Shown in pieces: positions 59,501 through 64,000 of a DNA stretch of 64,000 nt; the first letter of the stretch is position 1; each line of letters starts with the position of its first letter. The DNA lies in the NCBI GenBank assembly GCA_964187785.1, contig OZ076413.1:44084001-44148000 (forward strand), written 5' to 3'. This DNA is from Amphiscolops sp. MND2022. Its lineage: Eukaryota. The notes below the pieces were generated by a model. That model searched no databases. It had not been told where the DNA came from and was given only the letters and a program-made list of their open reading frames with translations. Both the position numbers and the translations under genes were made by a program.

Positions 59501-62500
59501 TGATTGTTTTCGTTTGAACAACCACAGCGTAGTAGATGAATGTTTTGTTTTAAAACGCTGCGGTTGTTCATACAAAAACAATCAAAGATTGCTTCACATG
59601 ATAATAATTAGCATAATTTTCATTTGAGAAACTGGGCGGTGGCAGTTGAAAAATTCTCAAAACGCCTGAAAAAAGTGACATTTTTCAATTTTTGATGATA
59701 TTGTTCAATTTTGTATATGTTTTGGATCAAGAAATCCGTTCGCTACTTAGCATACTCTTGTACGGAGGAAAATACCGAGAAAACTAAAGATTGAATCAAA
59801 AAGAGTTGAAAATTTCAAGTTATCTGACTTTTTTTGCAGGTTCGCAGTTTATTGATTCCGCTCGGGTCTTGAACGTATGTCGTCGCTAGGGTACTTTGGC
59901 GCAGAAAAAACTCGATGATAAGCGAGCGTCGTTTATGGAATTAATAGTTTGTTTTGGCGGCTCCCTTAACTCACACTTCTAATAATCTTTATTGTACAGT
60001 ATACGTTTTGCGGGTTCTTCACTCTTTTATAAGTGAGTCTATAGATTAATCAGCCAGCTGACATCTTTCCTCCTGCCGATGAAACTCTATTCAAACTCCA
60101 GGGCATTGTCTGATGCAAGGCTTTCGTTTTGTGATTATCGGAACAAACTGTCAGTTATACATCGCAGTTACAACCAGCACCATTTGGTCTCATGCATGGA
60201 AACGGCATGAAGTTATCGTATGGAATCAAATGGTTCCATGCTTGCAATAGCATGTTACGCGGAGTCTGCGTTTAGTTAGCAGCAGGTTGAATCAATCGCT
60301 AACTCGAATATATGCAATTATGATAGAAATAACGATGATCATTCACAATTTTAATTGATGAATTTTTTAACTTTCTGACATGTGTAAGAGAAGGGGAACT
60401 TGCTTGGTATAATCTTCAAGAAAACGTTAAAGTCTTTGAAAAACTATCAACATTGTTCTTTTCGTAACAAAAATATATATATTTTTGATTTTTTATTGAA
60501 TTTATCTTTATTTTTTGGTGGTTCACGTATATTTCTCTCGGGAAAATTGACCAATTTGAACTTATTGTTTCCATGATTCTAACTACCCATGTTGAGCTTT
60601 CCTTGAGAATCTGTAAAGATCTGTGAGCCAATTTTCCTTGAGGATCTGTAAAGATCGTGCCACTGCTACGTAAGGACAACTGCAGATCTGCAAGGATCTT
60701 TACAGATGTTCAAAGATTTTCTGTACAGATTTTTCAGGAAAATGTTTCCGGACCTTCTAGTGGAACTATGCATTTCATTTCTCAGCTTCTTCAGTAGATA
60801 TTTTCGCTGACCAAGGCTCAGTCAGTTGAAACTCTCCATCACTCAAAATTCTTGAGCAGGATATCTTGTCCCCATCACGGTAATTTTGGTGTCTGGGGAA
60901 TGTTCGGTGTTGGTTATACACTGTAATTTATCCATTTCACTTGAACTTTCCAGAAGTGAGTTTTCAACTTTGAGAGGCTCATTTGCCATATTGACTTCGT
61001 TTTGACGGATGAAAAATGACATGTGACAACCTTCTGGGTTGGTAGAGGTGTTGATAGAGTGCTGTGGTTGTAATATTTCGGAAACATAATTTGCTGGAAT
61101 AGTTTTAGTAATTGCTGGAAACTCGGAATACGTTATTGTAATTTATTGGTATGGTTAATTTTTAACAAACCCTGGAATATCTGCAAGGATCTGTACAGAT
61201 CTGTACAGATTCGCACAGAAACTTTTTTTAAAACTTCAAACAAGAGGTGTATTTTTTTTCGTAGAGCACTTTTTAACCAATTAATTTCTTTTTCGAAAAC
61301 TGAATTTATGACTATTCAATTTTCGAACAATCCTGGAATATCTGTCAGGATCTGTGCAGATCTGTACAGATTCGCAAGGAGTGCTCAATATGGGTAACCA
61401 TTCCTACTTTCGATCATTATTTTGTGGTCTCACCTGTTGAGTGGCAGCCATGGCAACCTGAACTGGAAGAAATTTGGAAGTTTGGGGGAGAATCACCAAT
61501 CCCGCTCCAATCAAGCCCTCTTCGGGGGCGCAATTAGAGAAGAGGTAATCTAAACAAAAACATCAAAACTTGTGACTCATTGCCTTATTTTTGGTCGATT
61601 AATTGTTATTGCAACATAACTAATGATGACTTTGAGCGGGTCACAAGGAAAAGGGGCACGTGTGATAGAGGAGGATGTGTGATAGAGGAGGATCTCACCA
61701 ATTTTTGGTAGAGTGTTGACTTTGAAGCCCATCAGTTGTGTTTCCTGTAGGTACTTGAGGGTGAAAGAAGAAATGTCGAGGATATTGTTAGCCCCCTCTG
61801 ACACGCTAGAGAGGATGCCACTTCGCCATGACTCCCAATTAACACTCTCGTTCAGAGCCACTACCTGTAAGTCACAGATTAATTGGTTCCACCCACCCAT
61901 TTCAGTGTAACCAACCACAAACCCCCATCCCCAGTACAGTGTAATAGTATAGATACCCACACTTAAAATTCTCTGTAATCTAAAGTCAGAAAAAGTCAGT
62001 GAACTAATTACTCCTTTGGAAGAGAAACCTCATTATGAATGTTAGATGTCACTTATTAGCTTAGTTGGTTGAACATTTCGAAAATTTCTCCTAGTTACAT
62101 CAAACCTACATATATTTTTTAATTAGAAGTTATTACAGAATTCGAGGAAAAATTTATTTCGTAATTTCTGAGATAAATGGAAAACTTAGTAATTTTTGAG
62201 CTTCTGTAGAGTTTCCAAATTATTTCGAATCTTGATGTATTTCGGAGTGACACAGTTGTTTTAACACAGCAGATTTTAACTGCAGTTTTTAACACGGCAG
62301 TTTTTTCGAGACAGTTTTTAGCATTAAATTTCGGTTTCTTCCTTGTTGATCACTTAATTTGTGGAGAGCTTTCGTTGGCGCCAAACGATAATTGAGAGAC
62401 AAAATGTGATTGACAAAAAAGTCTAGACTTGTTGAGAAAAAACGGAACGAAAATTAGCTGAAGATTAAATTAGTGCACCCTTGTATGGCTTTGGATAGAT

Positions 62501-63637
62501 GTTTATTTTGTTTTAGTATTTTCTTTTTCTTTTTGAACGTCTAAATGTGTATATTTTTCTTCAGGAACAATGATCAATGGAGTACATACTTGCTATGCAA
62601 AAATATGACACCAAGAATGTTAATATTTTAAGTTTTTTGTACGAAGTATAGCACAAAAGTTAACCCAAATTAAGATAGAAATGCTGTAAAACAGCTTACC
62701 AGTTTTTTAAATTCTGAACCATTTTGCCAGCAGCCCATATTCCTTACCACAGTTTACATTTCACAATTTGTTGATACCTTGTTTGGTTTGAACGGTGCAA
62801 CGGTTAGAAAAGGTGGATTTTTCTCCTGCGTTGAAAAAATCTGTTTTTTTTTAATGAAAATGGTTAGAAACTCCCCTTTTACAAAATCCATTTTTTTAAA
62901 CGTCCTTGACGTATACAGAACGGCAACCATATACCCTAATACGGCAAAGTCTTGTGCATTAAAATCACTTAAAATTTTGTTGTTACTACAAGCCTCCGCG
63001 CAGCTTGTGTTGCTACAAGCTCACTAACCCAAAATGAAAGCCTAATATCGGACATTTCAAACGCAATATATCATTCAATTTCTGGTAAGCGTAGTTGTAG
63101 AAATATCAATCATCGAAAATTTTGAACCAAATTTCCCAGGTCCATTGGGGTTAATACATGTAAATATTTTTAAAAACTCAAACTTGAAAATCGTTATCTG
63201 ACAGTAAAATGGTTTTTAGTTATGGTAACTAGTTTCCTTATAAGGAAATATTGTATGGTTCGCAGGACAGGTGTTTTATACCCTGGATACGAACAACATG
63301 TCTGGTGGGTGAAAATAAACCCTGTCTTACTTGGGTGATGGGCGACTCTTCCTGCAGGATGTACTTCTTGGCGTTGGTGGCTGGGTATAAGGCAAAAGAG
63401 TAGAGATATGTGGGGGAAGCAGGCAGAGTCCTGAATGCCCACACCTTCCTCTGGCTGCTGCTCATGTCTCTGGCCCCGTCCAGGGCAGCGCTCTCGTCCA
63501 GGGGCATGTTGGAGATGACACTCAATGACTCATCACACACCACCTTGACCTTGAACGAGGCACGGAACGCGGGTTCGTCGAAACAGGGGAACACTCGTCT
63601 AGCGTAGGCTGGGTACGGATTGAAGACTATCACTGAC
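38566..63637 (-). CDS. M1-family aminopeptidase N-like protein, predicted catalytically inactive (5' exons beyond window)
   Basis: Sixteen GT-AG exons join in phase: 63637-63331, 61864-61699, 61549-61434, 55496-55281, 51010-50831, 49466-49302, 48819-48525, 45703-45537, 44124-44069, 43998-43854, 43764-43688, 43012-42878, 42082-41906, 41521-41384, 39154-38968, 38862-38566. Motifs ARRVFPCFDEP..F.....SNMP..TYL, LPKID, WWSDVWALEG, W...GSFPLL and ERAP1_C-like helices. The donor at 48524 and the last exon are the least certain. Confidence 0.8.
40583..40639. repeat. (ATTC)n microsatellite
   Basis: About 14 perfect units. Confidence 0.98.
45945..46847 (+). mobile_element. 3' fragment of a Gypsy element related to element B, with probable 3' LTR (46672-46847)
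   Basis: Acidic tail SDTEDNDDDDEEDIPEE..FDTSER and RRS..N.RPNRYG..Y.G.F resemble the element B pol C-terminus (5618-5920). A purine-rich tract precedes a TG...CA segment. Boundaries are approximate. Confidence 0.6.
47433..47933 (+). mobile_element. HINE/DINE-like repeat copy
   Basis: Starts TTTAGTCGGG..GAGCCCGACTA and ends GCACCGACTTTAGA..TCGTCTTGTTT. Confidence 0.6.
49665..50150 (+). mobile_element. Complete HINE/DINE-like Helentron-type non-autonomous element (second partial copy follows to about 50548)
   Basis: 5' TTTTT-AGTCGGCGC, partial inverted repeat GCCCGACT about 20 nt later, 3' GCACCGACT, stem-loop AGACG-TTCC-CGTCT, then TGTTT. Confidence 0.7.
52504..52909 (+). mobile_element. Complete HINE/DINE-like element
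   Basis: Same subTIR pair. The 3' stem-loop is GCCGG-TC-CCGGC (different sequence, same structure), followed by TTGTTT. Confidence 0.7.
55986..56526. mobile_element. Putative MITE with CCC...GGG termini
   Basis: Imperfect TIR CCCAGTGTCAAAA / TTTTGCACTGGG with internal CAAGA/TCTTG subterminal motifs. No clear TSD. Confidence 0.45.
57496..57869 (-). mobile_element. HINE/DINE-like element with internal ~22-bp tandem array
   Basis: Family termini are present; about 7 copies of AAAACGTTATATCCGAACTTTG at roughly 57590-57742. Confidence 0.65.
57870..59400 (+). mobile_element. 5'-truncated Penelope-like retroelement (RT plus GIY-YIG endonuclease), one in-frame stop
   Basis: Motifs VSLDIVSLFTNVP, QVDGVAMGS..GPLLANIF, FRYVDD, LKFTIE...FLD, WYRK.T and VIYQIQC..C...YIGQT.R.L.TRLKEH. 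TAA at 58298-58300 interrupts one continuous frame that ends at 59176. The 3' boundary is approximate. Confidence 0.92.
59300..59335 (+). ncRNA. Minimal type-I hammerhead ribozyme in the Penelope 3' region
   Basis: TAA-CTGATGA-T-GATC-AAAT-GATC-GAAA-AGCT-TC-TTA: complete core, 4-bp stem II, palindromic stem III (AAGCTT), UC cleavage site, short stem I (TAA/TTA). Confidence 0.8.
60586..61394. mobile_element. Non-autonomous TIR DNA transposon (TA-CCC...GGG-TA; possibly CMC/EnSpm-like)
   Basis: Left end CCCATGTTGAGCTTTCCTTGAGAATCTGTAAAGATCTG matches the reverse complement of the right end (CCCATATTGAGCACTCCTTGCGAATCTGTACAGATCTG). TA flanks both sides; subterminal GATCTGTACAGAT-like repeats are present. 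Confidence 0.75.
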
Positions 63638-64000
63638 CTAAAACAAGTAGCCAGCGATCAGTTTCATCTAACTCAGTAATTTTGGGAAATGACATAGTAT
63701 TGTTAAGCGGTTATAGAACCAAAGCCGTTTTTGGCTCTGGTTATTACGATTTTTAATGGCTATTTTTGGATGTTACTTTTATCTAGATAGCATTATGAAG
63801 TAGAATGTTTGTATTGAAAGATCGTATTTATAAAATATGAATATTGAAATAATTTAACGAATTCGAGTCAATGAAACATATTTCAATTTCAGGATGTTTA
63901 ACAGAGCCTCTTTGCTAAAATTCAAAACGGTTCCTCAAGAGCAGCTAAACATTTTCTAAAAGCCGAAAACGATAAAGCAAAAGTAAGCACAGAAAAAACT

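Noticed and set aside
36600..64000. Most 60-130 aa ORFs in the ORF track of the right half
   Set aside because: They fall in AT-rich introns or repeats, or are frame-shadows and extensions of the aminopeptidase-like exons.

Overview
AT-rich, transposon-dense eukaryotic (invertebrate-like) DNA with two convergent, intron-rich host genes. On the + strand are the last two exons of a divergent VPS4/katanin-type AAA ATPase (1-168 and 13501-13795). On the - strand are 16 phase-compatible exons of an M1 aminopeptidase-N-like gene that has lost its GAMEN/HEXXH motifs (63637 down to about 38566). The left half holds four minus-strand Ty3/Gypsy LTR retrotransposons. Three are short-LTR, tRNA-Ser-primed, decayed elements with an unusual W-L-D-D type RT motif. 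The fourth (14386-29596) is a 15.2-kb, very young element: 1138-bp LTRs with one visible mismatch, GTTAA TSD, uninterrupted gag and pol, and a -1 slippery site. Its gag begins inside the LTR. Between pol and the 3' LTR it carries an antisense, 7-exon spliceosomal gene (16333-20574) encoding a BED-finger protein that looks like a catalytically inactivated hAT transposase; this cargo is the most notable system here. The right half also has a 5'-truncated Penelope-like element with a minimal hammerhead ribozyme, many Helentron-type (HINE/DINE-like) repeats, and MITEs. All family assignments come from motif recognition by eye; no database search was run.
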